A stretch of DNA of 64,000 nucleotides, from assembly GCA_012295275.1 (NCBI GenBank), contig CM022669.1, positions 13,392,001 to 13,456,000 of the forward strand, in the 5' to 3' direction. Numbering within the stretch: the first letter of the stretch is position 1; each line of letters begins with the position of its first letter. Shown piece after piece: positions 1 to 15,270 of the stretch. The notes beneath the pieces were generated by a model that saw only the letters and a list, made by a program, of their open reading frames with translations, searched no databases and was not told where the DNA came from. The position numbers and the translations under genes were made by a program. This DNA comes from Chrysomallon squamiferum. Taxonomy: Eukaryota > Animalia > Mollusca.

Positions 1-435
1 TTTTCCTTCAAATAATGACTGACTACAAATTCTTACTCTGTCTCTAATGAGTAAAACTGATCTATCTCTTTATATAGACGAGGAAAAAAAAAAGAAAGAA
101 AAAAGGCCAAGTTGTCTGTGTAAACTGGTTATCGAAACTGCTCACTTAATTTGAACCCAGTTTTTTTTTCTTTAATTAAAATGCGCTCTTCTAGACGACT
201 AACTGATACCAGAGATAAAAAAATAGTAAATTACAGGAACAGCGACTGTGAATAGTAGTAATATCCTGTAGAGTAAATTAACCTCGGAATGATGATTTGT
301 ATTTAGCGGGAGCGATGGAAATAGAAAGATGTACGATGTGACAATTATCATAACGGAAGACCTCCCATCCCCGACAGCATCCGCTGCTGGGTGGAAACAC
401 GAGAGAGCGTTTAGACATTAACACTTTTTTATTTT

Positions 436-780
<345 letters not shown>

Positions 781-787
781 CGTATCC

Positions 788-931
788 ACCCTTGAGCTGG
801 CCTGTCATCCCTGACATCACTCTGTGTGACAGAGAGTAGAGCGACACGTGGTCAGATTGTTTGCCGCGTACTACATCATCATCCAACTAGTGTGTCATAC
901 AGAGTTAAAGTTTATTTTATTATCATTTCTC

Positions 932-960
<29 letters not shown>
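788..960 (+). repeat. Copy 1 of a near-identical ~175-bp local duplication (copy 2 at 4378-4550)
   Basis: acccttgagctggcctgtc...cagagttaaagtttattttattatcatttctctctgtctg is shared, with one visible mismatch (ctacatc vs ctatatc). Confidence 0.95.
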
Positions 961-964
<4 letters not shown>

Positions 965-1263
965 TCTCTCTCTTTTTCTCTCTCTCTCTCTCTCTCTCTT
1001 TCTCACACACTCTCTCTCTCTCTGTATGAAGTATATGTATATATTTAATAGTTAACGAAAAAACATCAGTACGATTTCACCGTAAAGTTCACATGCCGAT
1101 ATTATTACGAAAATTATTACGAAAATTGCTTAAACAGCTCTGTCATTAGACTGATAAAAATAGTTAAACCGAATGTTAAAAAATATCTGTCTCGGGCAAA
1201 CAGTATAGATTTTCGATGACAGAAAATGCAGTAAAATAAATTAATCAATAGATGGGTAAAAAC

Positions 1264-1296
<33 letters not shown>

Positions 1297-1819
1297 GTAA
1301 GAACAATCCAATTTATGAAACTGTAATTCTATATAAAACTAAGATCAATTATCATTTAACGCATATTACGTACTATTACCGAATCTACATTTCTATTGAC
1401 TTAAGGACTTCTGGCAAGTTGTTTATTTATGCACAACCTGCTATTTCTCATTCATGAACGAATCCCGTGTGTTCCAAACACTATCTGATAAATATTTATT
1501 GCACGGTCCAGTAGGAAGATAACCAACAAAAATAAAGTTCATGAGCATTCAAAAAAATAACTGTCTGTTCTGCTCAGTAATTCTCAAAATGGCCAGAGTG
1601 AGGTATCGCATGCAGACAACAATTTGTACCGAGCGTAAGACACACACACACACTGTCAAACTGAACGCGAATACACTGATTACTAACTGGTATTACGCAT
1701 CATTTGACCGGTTCTCTGTCATTCTCCGATCTGACGCAAGTGGTGGTCCTTGGTATTAGATCTAAAAACGGCAACAGGTTCTTTTTCTCGCAGGGGTTCT
1801 CACGTCACTGGAGGAAAAA

Positions 1820-1850
<31 letters not shown>

Positions 1851-2334
1851 AAAAATCACCAGATCAACGACATCCGCAACGTGACAAATCGTCTTGAATC
1901 ATCGGATTTTGTTTAAGCTTGTTTGACGCAGTTCCGTTAAATTGGTGCTTTACTTAAGACAGCATTTCAAGTGCATAATGCGTTTGTGAATAGTTTTCGT
2001 ACATCGTGAAGCTAATATCAGATTGCTTCTTGAGGACTGTTTGTGATAAATAATTATGACTATGCTGATGATAATGATGATGATGATGATGACGTAGTAA
2101 TATTATTACTATTAATAATGATGATGATGACGATGATGAAATTGATGATAAAATAATAATAATGAATATGATAAAAAGAAGAGAACAATATATAACAATA
2201 TATACGATGGATAGATATAAACACATACATATCTCTGTAGCAAACGAGAACGAAAGAAACATATAGAATGGCACAGATGTAGAAAGAAATAAACAGAAGG
2301 GCAGAGAGATAGAGATGAATATAGATAAATATAC

Positions 2335-2444
<110 letters not shown>

Positions 2445-2493
2445 GAAGTTTTGTGTAGCGGTTTTGACAATTCATATACAAAGCGAAAAAAAA

Positions 2494-2532
2494 CCCAAAA
2501 CCCCAAAACCCCAAAACCCCAAAACCCCAAAA
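2494..2532. repeat. (CCCCAAAA)4 octamer repeat; G4T4 on the minus strand with G-quadruplex potential
   Basis: cccaaaa ccccaaaa ccccaaaa ccccaaaa ccccaaaa. Confidence 0.9.
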
Positions 2533-2848
2533 CAACAACAACAACAACAACAATATAACTGTGAAGTTATTAAAAAAGCTAACTCTTTTGAACTAAAATA
2601 TCACGTAGATAATCTGATATTATTAAATATAACAAAACCTATACCCAACGCTAATTACGTTTAGATAAAAACAAATAATATATAGCTGTCAGCTATTGAG
2701 AAAAAGACAAATTCTGTTACATAGTAAGTGCAGTTTCCCTCTTTTTTCGCACCATACTTTTAAAATCGACAATTCATTCTAGACTCATAAAACTTAAATG
2801 ATAGTCTCTCAACCTCGAAACATATAAGCGAACAGAAATTAATTTAAA

Positions 2849-2885
<37 letters not shown>

Positions 2886-4377
2886 AAAAAAAAAAAAAAA
2901 AAGAAGAAAAAACAAAACAAAAGAAAAACGTTTAAAATCTAAACTAAAAAGAAATCCCTACAGCTCAGTTTCTACCATATTTCACTTAAAAGTGAATTTG
3001 GAAAAAAAAAGCAGTTATTACAAACTGGATTTTAAAAGCTTGCAAATAAATAATGAAACTTAAACGAACTGAAGTAATGAAAGATTTAGCGCATTTAGAA
3101 CGTTTTACCGGGCAGACAATATAAAGAAAATCAATTCTCACCTGTTGATGGATCCAATCAATCGTCAAGTGACACTGAGCTAGTAAATCATACGCTGATG
3201 TAACCAATTATCCCACTAGTCCGTATTCCTGTCGCGGTTTGGTTTCCATTATCACTCCTTGATGCTGATTGGTCAACTCTCTTGGGATTTTTTTTTTTTT
3301 TTTCTATTTTTTTCCCTTAGCGGACACGTTCGAGTATTCCAGAACGGTTCTCGGTAAAATTGCTTACCAGTCATTCATCGTCCTTGTTTGGTTATACCGA
3401 GAATACTGTTGTTGTAGAAATCGAATGCGTCCTTGTGAAACTGAAATGTAAAAAAAAAAAAAAAAATTATTAGAAAAGGTGAAATCAGCGTGTTGTTAAA
3501 ATATAACAGAAATAGTAGTAGTCGAATTAATATAATAATAATAATAATAGTAGTAGTAGTAGTAGTAATAGTAGTAGTCGTAGTAATTGTAGTAGTAGTA
3601 GTAGCATAGTAGCAGTAGTAGCAGCAGAAGTAGTAACAGTAGCAATGGTATTTGTGATGGTAAGAGTACTATTAATTAATTAATTAATTAATTAATTAAT
3701 AATAATAATAACAGAAATATCAGCAACAGCAGCAGCAACAACAAAACAACAACATAAATAAATAAATAAATTTTCGTTGTTTAATTTTTACCTCTGACAG
3801 TATTCATCAGTTTACAACAATCCTAGATTCCATATTACAGATGACAGACATCTGATTCACCAATAACACAATCAAATGTTATTTTAATATCTTTGTGATG
3901 TCGCGTTGTATGTCCTCATACGCCGCAGAATCTGCGACCAGGTTGTAAATAAAGATCAGTTCTATTCAGCTGAAATTTAGTCTTTTACCGTATTTCACAG
4001 GAATAATTTCAAGCAAATTAACAAACTTACACCTACCATCAGAGGAAACACGAACGTCAGAACGAATATATACGATAAATCAGTCACATTAATATGGCTT
4101 AGATAAACAGTCCTTTCAATTTTTTTTCATAATAATAAACAAAACAAAAAATCAGAATGATTTCATCTCGATGCCGCTGCTATCCAAACAAATATCGCAA
4201 CAAGAACAAACAAATCAGTTATCGATGCTGCAGGATTTTTTTTTTTTTTTCTCTCTCTAGCATATCGTGACCACTCAGCGAAAACCGTTATTCAAAATTG
4301 TAGGTTTATTTACTTGTGGTTTCGGCCAAAAGGACTATTGATTTAAAACTAATTGAATAATGCCTTTGCGTTATTGG

Positions 4378-4657
<280 letters not shown>

Positions 4658-4673
4658 CGTCCCTCCTCTCTTG

Positions 4674-4722
<49 letters not shown>

Positions 4723-4929
4723 CCCTCCTTCTCTCCTTCTATCTTTCTGTCTCTGTTTGTCTATCTTTCTCTAGCTTACCATCTCTCACTTTGTCTCTTT
4801 GATAATTATTATCTCAGTAAATCTTCTTTTTCTATTTGTGCCGCTCACCGTATTTATCGATCTTTGTCTCTCAGTCTACCTATTTACGTACATGCCTGTA
4901 TCTGTTTCCTTCCCTCTTTCCCTGTCAGT

Positions 4930-5460
4930 CTGTTTATAATTAAGAATTCTTGTTACAGAATCAGCTTAATGTATTCTTGGTTACACAAGCTTTGTCTACG
5001 ACTATAAAGACAACTTTGTTCATTAGAACTCTACATATTTATAATTACAAAATTCTTCTTACACAAATTAACTAACTTTGTCTGCGCCTATAAAGACCAC
5101 TCTGTTCATTAAATCTCTACATATTTACGTATATCTGGTATTCTTTATTATCTCTTTGCCCAATTATACTAGTACAGAAATAGATGATATTTCCAAAAGT
5201 GTTTTTACTGTTTTAAACCTTCGCATCATTCATTGCCTTTTTTTTTTTAACCCATCATCTTGTTGCTGCACTTTCTATCCTGATTTCAAAGTTCTGCACT
5301 TACTTTGCAACCTTGCCCCCCGAGACTGTCTTTGGTTTAAACAGTGGCGTTCACCTTACCTTTTTCTGTGCTTATTTTCAACAGTAATTTTCCAAGTTTA
5401 GCCCTATTCGTTACCCTCTCTCTTCACATTCTTACAGACTGCAGTCGTAACGGTTGCCAT
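4930..5460 (-). mobile_element. Degenerate RTE-clade LINE ORF2 relic (post-YADD RT/thumb region)
   Basis: Frameshifted minus-strand translation LLLKISTEKGKV...LGGQ..K*VQNF...DDG...V*LGKEIIKNTR..ICRDLMNRVVFIGADK is collinear with the RTE consensus EISTEKSKV..EVQNFKYLG..DDG..VW.SK.ISK.TK..VLLYGAE. Includes an internal ~51-bp duplication (4990-5040 / 5076-5126). Confidence 0.55.
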
Positions 5461-6148
5461 ATTTCCCATTGCTTTTTTACCTTTAACTGTATTTAATTAC
5501 CGTTTTCTCAATTGCTGTCTTAATTTTTTTTGTTTGTTTGTTGCAAACCAGCTCCATAGCTACTTAGCTCGATATCACAGGTTTCCTTTTATTGAGCAAC
5601 TACTTAAATTTAGCTGTTTCTCTTCAACCTGTTCTTATTTTTTCTTTTCACAAGTGTTTAGCAAACTAGTTCCTTCCTGCCTTTAATGCAGGACATCCTT
5701 TTCATAAAGCATGTTTCTTTGTTATCTTTATCATCTTTTTTTTTTTTTTTTTTTTTTTTCCTCATGGACAATTAAAAAAAAAAAAAAAAAAAAATTCTGT
5801 TGGATGAATGGAAAACATACCATTCATAACCATATCTGTTTGTGAATAACGCTAAACATTTGTGACCTGCCTTCATTTTAAGGTGATAATACGACTCTTC
5901 TTAGTATTTATAGCTTTTGGCTGACATCGTCTGAATAGGTTTTTTTTTTAAACTCTGCTACGTATAGTGTTAGTAACGTGAATCAGTTTGCGCTGTCTGA
6001 ATATTTTACTTCCGTCGTCAGAGCACAGAAGTGCACTCAAGTGCTGGCCAAACAGCTTTTATTGCAAAATACATTTAGCGTGGTGAAAACATACTGCTCT
6101 TGTGGGAACATTTAGCTTTTGTTTAGTTACCCTTTGCTGGTTTCTGTG

Positions 6149-6244
<96 letters not shown>

Positions 6245-6625
6245 TTGTGTTTGAATGTGTGCGTTTGCATATGTATGTATGTATGTATGTATGTGTGTAT
6301 GTTTGTATGTATGTATGTATATAAATTTTTGCCTTTGTAAGGTTTGCATGTATTTCACTAAATCTATATATTTGTAAATCAGTAAGTAAAAAAATTAAAC
6401 AAACTCACACACACACACACATATATTCATGTATATATTTATGTGTTTATAAAAATACCTATATCTGTCTGTGTTGTAATATAGTGACACAACAGTCAGA
6501 GGCAGACAATATAATTAAACTTGTAATGTTTTCTCTTCCACCATTACCATGGTGATTAGCTAATGCTTCATTTTCTGCAGCTGGTTTCTGTTTAGTAATG
6601 CTGATAACAAATCATCGTTATAATT

Positions 6626-6667
<42 letters not shown>

Positions 6668-6777
6668 TCTTTCTTAAAATAATGTTTATAATATTTACCG
6701 TTCGTGTATTGTTTTCTTAATGACAAATATTTTTTTCTTAGTGTTCAAAGTCCTGGCATATCATAGATAGATACACA

Positions 6778-6885
<108 letters not shown>

Positions 6886-7508
6886 AAACTAAATAAAAGT
6901 CAAAATAAGTAAGGTAAAAAACAAACAAACATGGAAATGTCATTTTATTCATCATCTAGCATAAAAATGTATTGTGTACCTAAATCAGCTTTGTGTATAT
7001 TTAAAGTATTACATGAAATATAGAAGTTTGTTTTCTTTCCATGTAGATCGATAGACACTGAGTTTCTGTAAGATATAAGCATTAAGCTGTTTTGTCACGG
7101 ACTTTTGAATAAAAAATTTATAAAAAGCGATAAAGCTTACGTCATATCTTTTCTTCGCTGTTCTTTAAATAACTCTCGCGCGCTTCATTTCTTGAAAACC
7201 TCCATTGCCAGTTAATATAATTTTAAGATTTTAAATTCCATTACGTGGTTCTGTTTCGATGTGAAGAGATTAAAAAGAATAATAATAGTAATTGTCGGAG
7301 AGAAAACAACGAAGTAATATTTTGGTATAATGAATATTGTTTTTTTTTTTGTTGTTTTTTTCTCTTGGCAAATCGCTTCACATTCTTGATTAATTCTCTT
7401 CGACTTATTAAGAAAAGAAAAGTCTTTGATAGCATAATGGTTGGCAGTGTAACATGCAATATCAGCTAGAGAAAGAGAGGGAGAGAAAGAGAGGGAGAGA
7501 AAGAGAGG

Positions 7509-7620
<112 letters not shown>

Positions 7621-8027
7621 TATTCTTGGACTGTAAATCAAACAGAATGCCGAATATACAATGCACTGACTCACTGTAAACATCACCAGCGTCATCAAAA
7701 GTATCAGTGACATTAGAATATGTTTGAATTCGTAATTACAACATGTCATCTACATGTTTAGTTCTTACGACTGATGTCTTTGATGACACGAAATGAGACA
7801 GTTTAAATTTATCCTGTGTTCATTATGTATGATACGTCTTTGTAGCAGATTCCAATTCTCTGCACTTTGGCGTACCAACAGAATATTTTTCTTTTAATCA
7901 TGGAATTATAAACTAATAGTGTTTGGCAATTTACAAAATAACAAGGAAAGAAAGAAAGAACAAAGAGAAATGAAAGAGAGACGGGGAAAACAGACATAGA
8001 TAAGAAGCTAGAGAGAATGATAAAGGT

Positions 8028-8158
<131 letters not shown>

Positions 8159-8671
8159 TAAAAGAATAAGAAAGAGAGAGCAAGCACAGAGACATAAAGA
8201 CGGACACACAAACACACGTAATTTGTACTCTTTCTACGTCATCATCAAACATGAAACTACAGAAACCTAAGAAGCCTCTTGTTTTGAACCTTGTCATAAC
8301 TTCCAGGCTAATACATTTTAGTACTCAAGAGAAGGATAATAAGATTTTTTCACACATTATGCAAAAAATCCAGCTTTTTTTTTTCGCCTGGAGATAAAAA
8401 GTCTAGCTGAATAATGGCGTCTAATTGCTTTTTTTGACTGGCATTTTTTTTTTTTTTTTTTTGTCTCAGTAGCAGGAAAATAAATCACATTTATATTTTA
8501 TCATTAGAGAAAAACAAAAATACAAATAACAGCAGCAAAGTGCATGTTAGAAATGAATTTCAAATCATATCTAAGTCTGTTCTAACGTTAAGTAAGGAGT
8601 AATTGTAATGTTAATATCATCAACGTCGACAACAACAGTAAAAAGATAACAACAGCAACGACAACAACAGC

Positions 8672-8706
<35 letters not shown>

Positions 8707-9314
8707 TAACAACAAAAGTAGTAGTTGTTGTAGTAATAGTAGTAGTAGTAATAATAAGGGGACAGTAACAACAACAACAACAGCAACAACAACAGTAGTA
8801 ATAGTAATAATAACAGTAGTAGTAGTAGTAATAGTTGTAGTAGTAGTAGTAGTAATAATAGTGGTAATAGTTCTAGTAACAACAACAACAATAATAATAA
8901 TAATGATATCAACTGACAAATAAAACTAATAATTTCAAAATCTTTACGCTTTTAGAAACTACGAAGAAATAAATTAAAATATTTTTTTTTTTTTTTTTTT
9001 TTACTAAACGTTCTTCTACATACGATTACATTCCCCTCCTGACCACAAAACTCCTCAAGGATGAAAAGTGATAAAGGAATTGTCCGCTTCGGTTGTCACT
9101 TTTCAAGAAAACGTAGAGCAACAAAATGCTACTGAACTCTTAATTTCTAATTACCAATTATTGCAGGAAATGAACTCCATGGCGCTCATGCGGGGTTTCT
9201 TAATTCAAACGACGTGCTCCACCCATTAGTCTACAACTCTCATTTCAGCTTTACACTGCACCATCGTTTTAACAGAACGAACAGCGAAACATTTCTATCG
9301 AGCGGCCGCCTCAT

Positions 9315-9760
9315 TTAAACTTTATGGAGTGTGTGGCTTTTGTATTAAAACATTCTGACGTGCGGCTCTGATCTCAAAACTGTTTGACGCGAAGATTTCA
9401 TATTAAGACATTTTGATGTGCAGCTGTAATAACTGTTAACATATTCTGACATGCGGCTCTGATCTTAAAACTATTTGACAAGACTGTCATGTTAAAACAT
9501 TTTAACGTGGAGCTGTAATAATTATAAGAAACATTTTGACACACGGCTCTGAGATTAAAACTATTTGACACGATGCTGTCATATTAAGACATTTTAACGT
9601 GCAGCTGTAATAATTACTAAAACATTTTGACACACAGCTGTAATATTAAATCTATCTGACGCCAGGCTGTCACATTAAGAAATTTTGACAGGTGCCTGTT
9701 CTACTGAAACATTTCAACGTGTAACCGTCGGTTTTGAAACCTTTTTTGACATTCAGCTGT
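9315..9760. repeat. Minisatellite, ~29-33-bp monomers in a ~90-bp ABC higher-order unit
   Basis: Monomers aaaacattctgacgtgcggctctgatct / aaaactatttgacacgatgctgtcatatt / aagacattttaacgtgcagctgtaataattact repeat as ABC three times, then decay. Confidence 0.9.
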
Positions 9761-10141
9761 TTGTTTGATTCATTCCAACTAGCAGAAAATTTGAAATAAT
9801 CATTATTCCGAAGCAGTTTGAGATATGATCTGTGAATTCCTTGACATAAAATTGGTATTATCATCTATAATTCATCTAAACGTAAGTCAGTACGAAACAG
9901 TGAAACTGCAACAGAATAACTTCAAGCCACTGGTCCACATAAAATCACAAGAAATCTATCGATAAATGTAGATAACAGAGTGGCAGCGACCTCTGTTTGT
10001 CTGTCTGTTTATCTGTCTGTTTCTGTCGCTATCTCTGTCTTTCTCTTTCTCACTCGCTTACTACCTCTTTTTATCTATCTCTCTTCCTCTATCGATCTCT
10101 CTTTCTCTCTCTAATCTCTCTCTTTTGTTTCTGTTTATTTC

Positions 10142-10265
<124 letters not shown>

Positions 10266-11058
10266 GACTGTCTATTTTGTTTCTGTTTCTCTCTCAGTAA
10301 TATCGAAACATGCCGACATTTATTAATTACACTTTCGCTAATTATTTATTTATATTTTTTAATTAAGTTTTTTTCTATATAATTTCTCGAATTATCTCAT
10401 AACAAATAAATATTTACGTTTTGTTTATTCATCTATTCTTTCCAGTGAATTGTCACATATGGCGCAAAACAGATAGCGAATTATCTTCTTTTTTTTTTTA
10501 CCCTTCATTTACGCAGCGTACGTAAATGCAACCCAGTGCTAATCTTTCTCAACAATAAAGTCTTAAATCTGAAGTGAAGCGAGACTTAAAGATATTGCGG
10601 ACGGAATTGACTAATACGCCGTGACGTTCAGTCGTTGTTAAATGCAGACTAAATAATATCATTATTGATTTGTTTTATTTTATTTTTCAACTACCCGTGA
10701 AACGAGACTTTTATGTCGGTTTATTGCTTTGTTTTTCGTTTTGTTTATGATCACGTTACAATTAGTAAAATGGATCTTAGGCAATAATGATAACAAAAAA
10801 AAAAAAAAAAAAAAAATTGCTTATTAAAAAATAAAAAATAAACTCTGTCAGATGTAAGTACGAGGCATATATATATAAACGAATAAAACATACATTTTAA
10901 ACTAGATGTGAATATTTATTTGTTATGAGATAGTTTTATAAAGACACATATACACACAAAAACACACACACACACAAACACACACACAAACAAATATACA
11001 CACAAACGAACTATTAATTAATAAGATGAAAGGCAAATATTCGAGAAGACAGACAGGT

Positions 11059-11203
<145 letters not shown>

Positions 11204-11224
11204 AGAGAGACTTTTGATAGTAAG

Positions 11225-11690
11225 TATTTTTAGACTTCAGTAACGTCGATAAAAGGTGAATGAAGTCAATAGCCCATAAATTTTAATAACTTCAACAGTC
11301 TATACTTAAATCTAAATAAAGTCTTTAGTGTATAAGTAAACCTGAATAAGATCGATGCATACTTCTAAAAAATTAATACCGTCGATACGTCTATCTACAA
11401 AGTTCACAAAAGTCGAAAAGTTCATACATTTCCGTACTGTGAATTTAAAAAAAAGTACAAAAGTACATCAACAATAATTTAGTTATTTACTACATAAACA
11501 TGAAATCTAGTCCTCTCTCGATATTAATACAGTCTCCAGCCCATCTACGAAGTTTTGATAAAGTCGACAGCCTGTCTGAAAAAAGTTCAACAACGTCATC
11601 AGCTGTTTACGCACTTAACTAAAGTCGACGGTGTGTATATTTTAAATTTATCTCCAGACATTTTAATGAATTTGACAGACTATAAATAAT
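11225..11690. repeat. Highly degenerate ~29-30-bp minisatellite
   Basis: Recurrent aataaagtcgacagtctatctacaaagttc-like units, e.g. gtcgatacgtctatctacaaagttc and aaagtcgacagcctgtctgaaaaaagttc. Confidence 0.65.
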
Positions 11691-12102
11691 CTTTTTTTTT
11701 ACTTTTTTTTTTACTTTTTTCTTTTATAAGAGCCAAAAAGTCTGTTTTCAAACAAAGACAATTAAATCTGGCTTAAATTAATTCCCTTGCGAGACTTGCA
11801 GTCATCTACTGATGGCGGTTAGTCTTACGTGACAATATTATTATCTTTTCTGGTAGAACTGAACTGCCATCTGCAGTTAGTCTTCCAATACATCAGTGTG
11901 CATTGAGGGAAGGCAGGAATACAACACAGTCCGTTCTCTCGAGTGTTGAGCCAGTTATCAGTTTTTTTATTTGTATGTCGCCGCAGTTCGCAGCAAGTTG
12001 ACTGCGAGAAAAATAAGAATCCAGCTGCTGATTTTAATGTTGATGAGAGTTTACGGACTCAGCTGTCTTTTTGTTTTTATTTCTATTTTTGTTAGTGTTT
12101 TA

Positions 12103-12105
<3 letters not shown>

Positions 12106-12151
<46 letters not shown>

Positions 12152-12269
12152 TGATGATGATGCTGATGATGATGGATGATGATGTTAACTGATGACGGTG
12201 GTGACGGTGTTCATGATGATGATAATAATAAAATTAATAATAATAATAATAATAATAATAATCATAATC

Positions 12270-12355
<86 letters not shown>

Positions 12356-12366
12356 AAGAAGAAGAA
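12106..12366. repeat. Compound (AAT)n/(GAT)n/(AAG)n microsatellite
   Basis: Read directly. Confidence 0.95.
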
Positions 12367-12499
12367 ACTAAACTACATTTTAAAGAATTAAATAACTTAT
12401 AAAATGTTTTTAATCTGGAAAACACGTTTCAAGAAAAGATTGTTTTAAATTACATTCATGAAAACTAAAACACACACAATTACACACAGACACACACAA

Positions 12500-12547
<48 letters not shown>

Positions 12548-12779
12548 ACATTCACATACCTACAAACGGCAATTTTATTATCCGACAACTACACGGAGCA
12601 CGTATAACACTAATGTCTCTTACACGTAAAATGTCAGCAACGTAATAATACGAATCACACGCCGCAGAAATGACTAGTCTCGCAATATTTCGCGTTGTAA
12701 CGTTTTATACTCACACAGTAAGTGCTATTGCTTGTAGCGGATAATAAAAATGAGAAATAATAAAATTCATTATATGGAC

Positions 12780-13215
12780 TCACTTTGGTGTGACTATTGA
12801 TGTAAAGATGGAGTATTGATATAGTTAATATGTCTTTTGCATAGACAGAGTTACTTTGTTTTATGAAGTGTAGCGAAGCGTATCAAGTTTGTGCTGTGTA
12901 AAGAGAAACGGTCGATTTTGTTTTGTTGTATGTGAAAGATTTAATTTTATGTTGTACAAAGATACACTCAGTTTTGTGTTGTACAAAGATACACTCAATT
13001 TTGTGTTTCATGAAGATATATGGACTTTTGTGTTATACAGAGACATAGTCAGTTTTGTGCTGCATAAAATATACATTGAATTTTGAGTTTGAAGGTATTC
13101 TGACGTTTGTGTTGTATGAAGATATACTCAATTTGGTGCTGAATAAAGAAACTATCAGCTTTGTTATCTTCAATTTTGTATTATGAAGATTCTTGATTTT
13201 TGGTCTCATGAATAG
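12780..13215. repeat. 27-bp minisatellite (ttttgtgttgtacaaagatacactcag)
   Basis: Clear 27-bp periodicity from 12945 that decays on both sides; explains the periodic ORF at 12889-13086. Confidence 0.9.
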
Positions 13216-13628
13216 TCACAGAAGCTGTCATCTTTAGATGTCTTTCTTTTTGCATGCGTGGGTACGTAAGTAATACAGGCAGGAAAGTAAATTAAAATGT
13301 ATATGTAAATAAATATGATTCAGTGAGTGCTCAAGCAAAGATGTAAGTCAGAAATTACATAAACAAGTAAGCTAGCTTTTGATTTAACAACAGGTATTTA
13401 AGTAGCTGCGTAATGTAACAAATGAGCGAATCATTACAAAGACTGGTAGACAGACAGACAGCGAGAGGCAGACAGACACATATAAATGGAAAGATATTCT
13501 GGTAGATGGGTTCTTTTAAAGACAGACAGACGAACAGACATAAATAAATAAGTTAATTTTAAAAATAAAAAAAAAAAAAAATAAACAAATAGGCAAGCCA
13601 CCATTAAAAAAACCCACATAAAATAAAA

Positions 13629-13706
<78 letters not shown>

Positions 13707-13922
13707 TAAATTAATAATAATAATAAATAAATAAAATAAATTGAAACTAATGATAAGAAGTTATAAATAAATAAACAAATAACGAAATGAATATTAAATC
13801 AGATAACAAATAAAACATATCATTATTAAAATGTAATAATCTTTCTATAAAAAGGATTTAAAACAAAAAAAAAAAAAAAAATCCATCAATGAAAAATGCG
13901 TGACAAGGCGTGACTTTAAGCT

Positions 13923-13923
<1 letters not shown>

Positions 13924-13982
<59 letters not shown>
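13924..13982 (+). repeat. A59 homopolymer
   Basis: Read directly. Confidence 0.9.
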
Positions 13983-13984
<2 letters not shown>

Positions 13985-14229
13985 CGGGTAAAACTCCCCT
14001 TATTAAATAGAACGTTTTCTTTTACGATCACGAAGAAAACTATTTCAGCTAAGAGCTTACTGCATTAATACGCTTACTTACCAATAAAACACAGAGATAT
14101 CCAATCCAGGTAGACACCTGTATTTAGCTTTGCATCAACACCTCAGTGAACGTACGCACGCACATGTGCCAGAAACTTGGAGTCTTACAGTTAAATAGTC
14201 GAACAGACTTGCCATAATCAATATCAACT

Positions 14230-14269
<40 letters not shown>

Positions 14270-14274
<5 letters not shown>

Positions 14275-14620
14275 ATCCCTCTTGCTGTAGTAATACGAGT
14301 AGTGTTATCGGCTTTTTTAAGCATCTGATTAAGTCAGTGTTTGTACGTACACTCAGAAGTGTGCATCCAAACACAAGCGCGCACAGAGATACAAACACTA
14401 TATAAGTAGATATAGCGGTGATGATGTACAATTTTCTATGAACGAATACGCCTCCGTCATTGTAATTATTTACACCCACATCTGGCTGTTGGTACGTTTT
14501 TGATTTCAGTTGAGCATTTGTAGTCTGTGAAGGTGTAAGTTATCTATGTCTTCTGAGTATCTCATTGTTGGTGAATATATTCTTGAACTGTCTTCTCTTT
14601 TGTGATGCTTCAGTGGCTGT
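14270..14620 (-). mobile_element. Degenerate RTE-clade LINE RT relic
   Basis: MRYSEDID (14542-14565) resembles LRYADDID; followed by LQMLN, VG.., FGCTLLSVRTNTDLIRCLKKA, resembling LGSTL..D.EI..RL.KA. Confidence 0.55.
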
Positions 14621-15048
14621 ATGTGGCTTGTGATGTTAAGTACGCATTTGTGTACGCAATTATATATGGACAGATATTCAGACATTGCATGACAGACAGA
14701 CAAATAGATAGGTATATAGTGACAGAGAGAGAGAGAGAGTAAGAAATCAGACAGACAGGTAGATAGATGTATAGAAATGCAGACAGATACAGATATATGT
14801 AAATTAAAGCTGAGTGTATGTATATATTCATTCACATATTATTAATTGTTTGTTTCTTCCATCACAAATTATTATTATTTGTTTTTGTTTTTTCGTTATA
14901 AAATGACGTCTCTGATCAATTGCCATTGTTTCAAATTCGACGAAAGACGTAATCTTAGACGATGAACCCAGCGGATAGAGAACTGTCTCCTTTTCCCCAC
15001 TTATTTCTGTTATTTTATTAAAAAAAAAGATTTCAAACACTTTCCCTT

Positions 15049-15066
15049 TACACACACACACACACG

Positions 15067-15106
<40 letters not shown>

Positions 15107-15130
15107 AAGACACACACACATCCAGAGAGA

Positions 15131-15189
<59 letters not shown>

Positions 15190-15270
15190 GGACACACACA
15201 CACTCACACACAAACACAGAGGGACACACACACACACACACAAACACACACAGACGTAAACACACATGTA
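15049..15270. repeat. (CA)n microsatellite, interrupted
   Basis: Read directly. Confidence 0.95.

Noticed and set aside
2494-2532. True telomere or ciliate contamination
   Set aside because: Only four units, internal, and continuous with host-type microsatellites.
9062-9105. 13-bp hairpin tgaaaagtgataa...ttgtcacttttca as a pre-miRNA
   Set aside because: Stem too short for a Drosha/Dicer substrate; no known mature sequence.
9315-9760. CRISPR-like appearance of ~29-bp periodic arrays (also 12.9 and 57.0 kb)
   Set aside because: Units are contiguous diverged monomers with no unique spacers and no cas genes, in a eukaryotic context.
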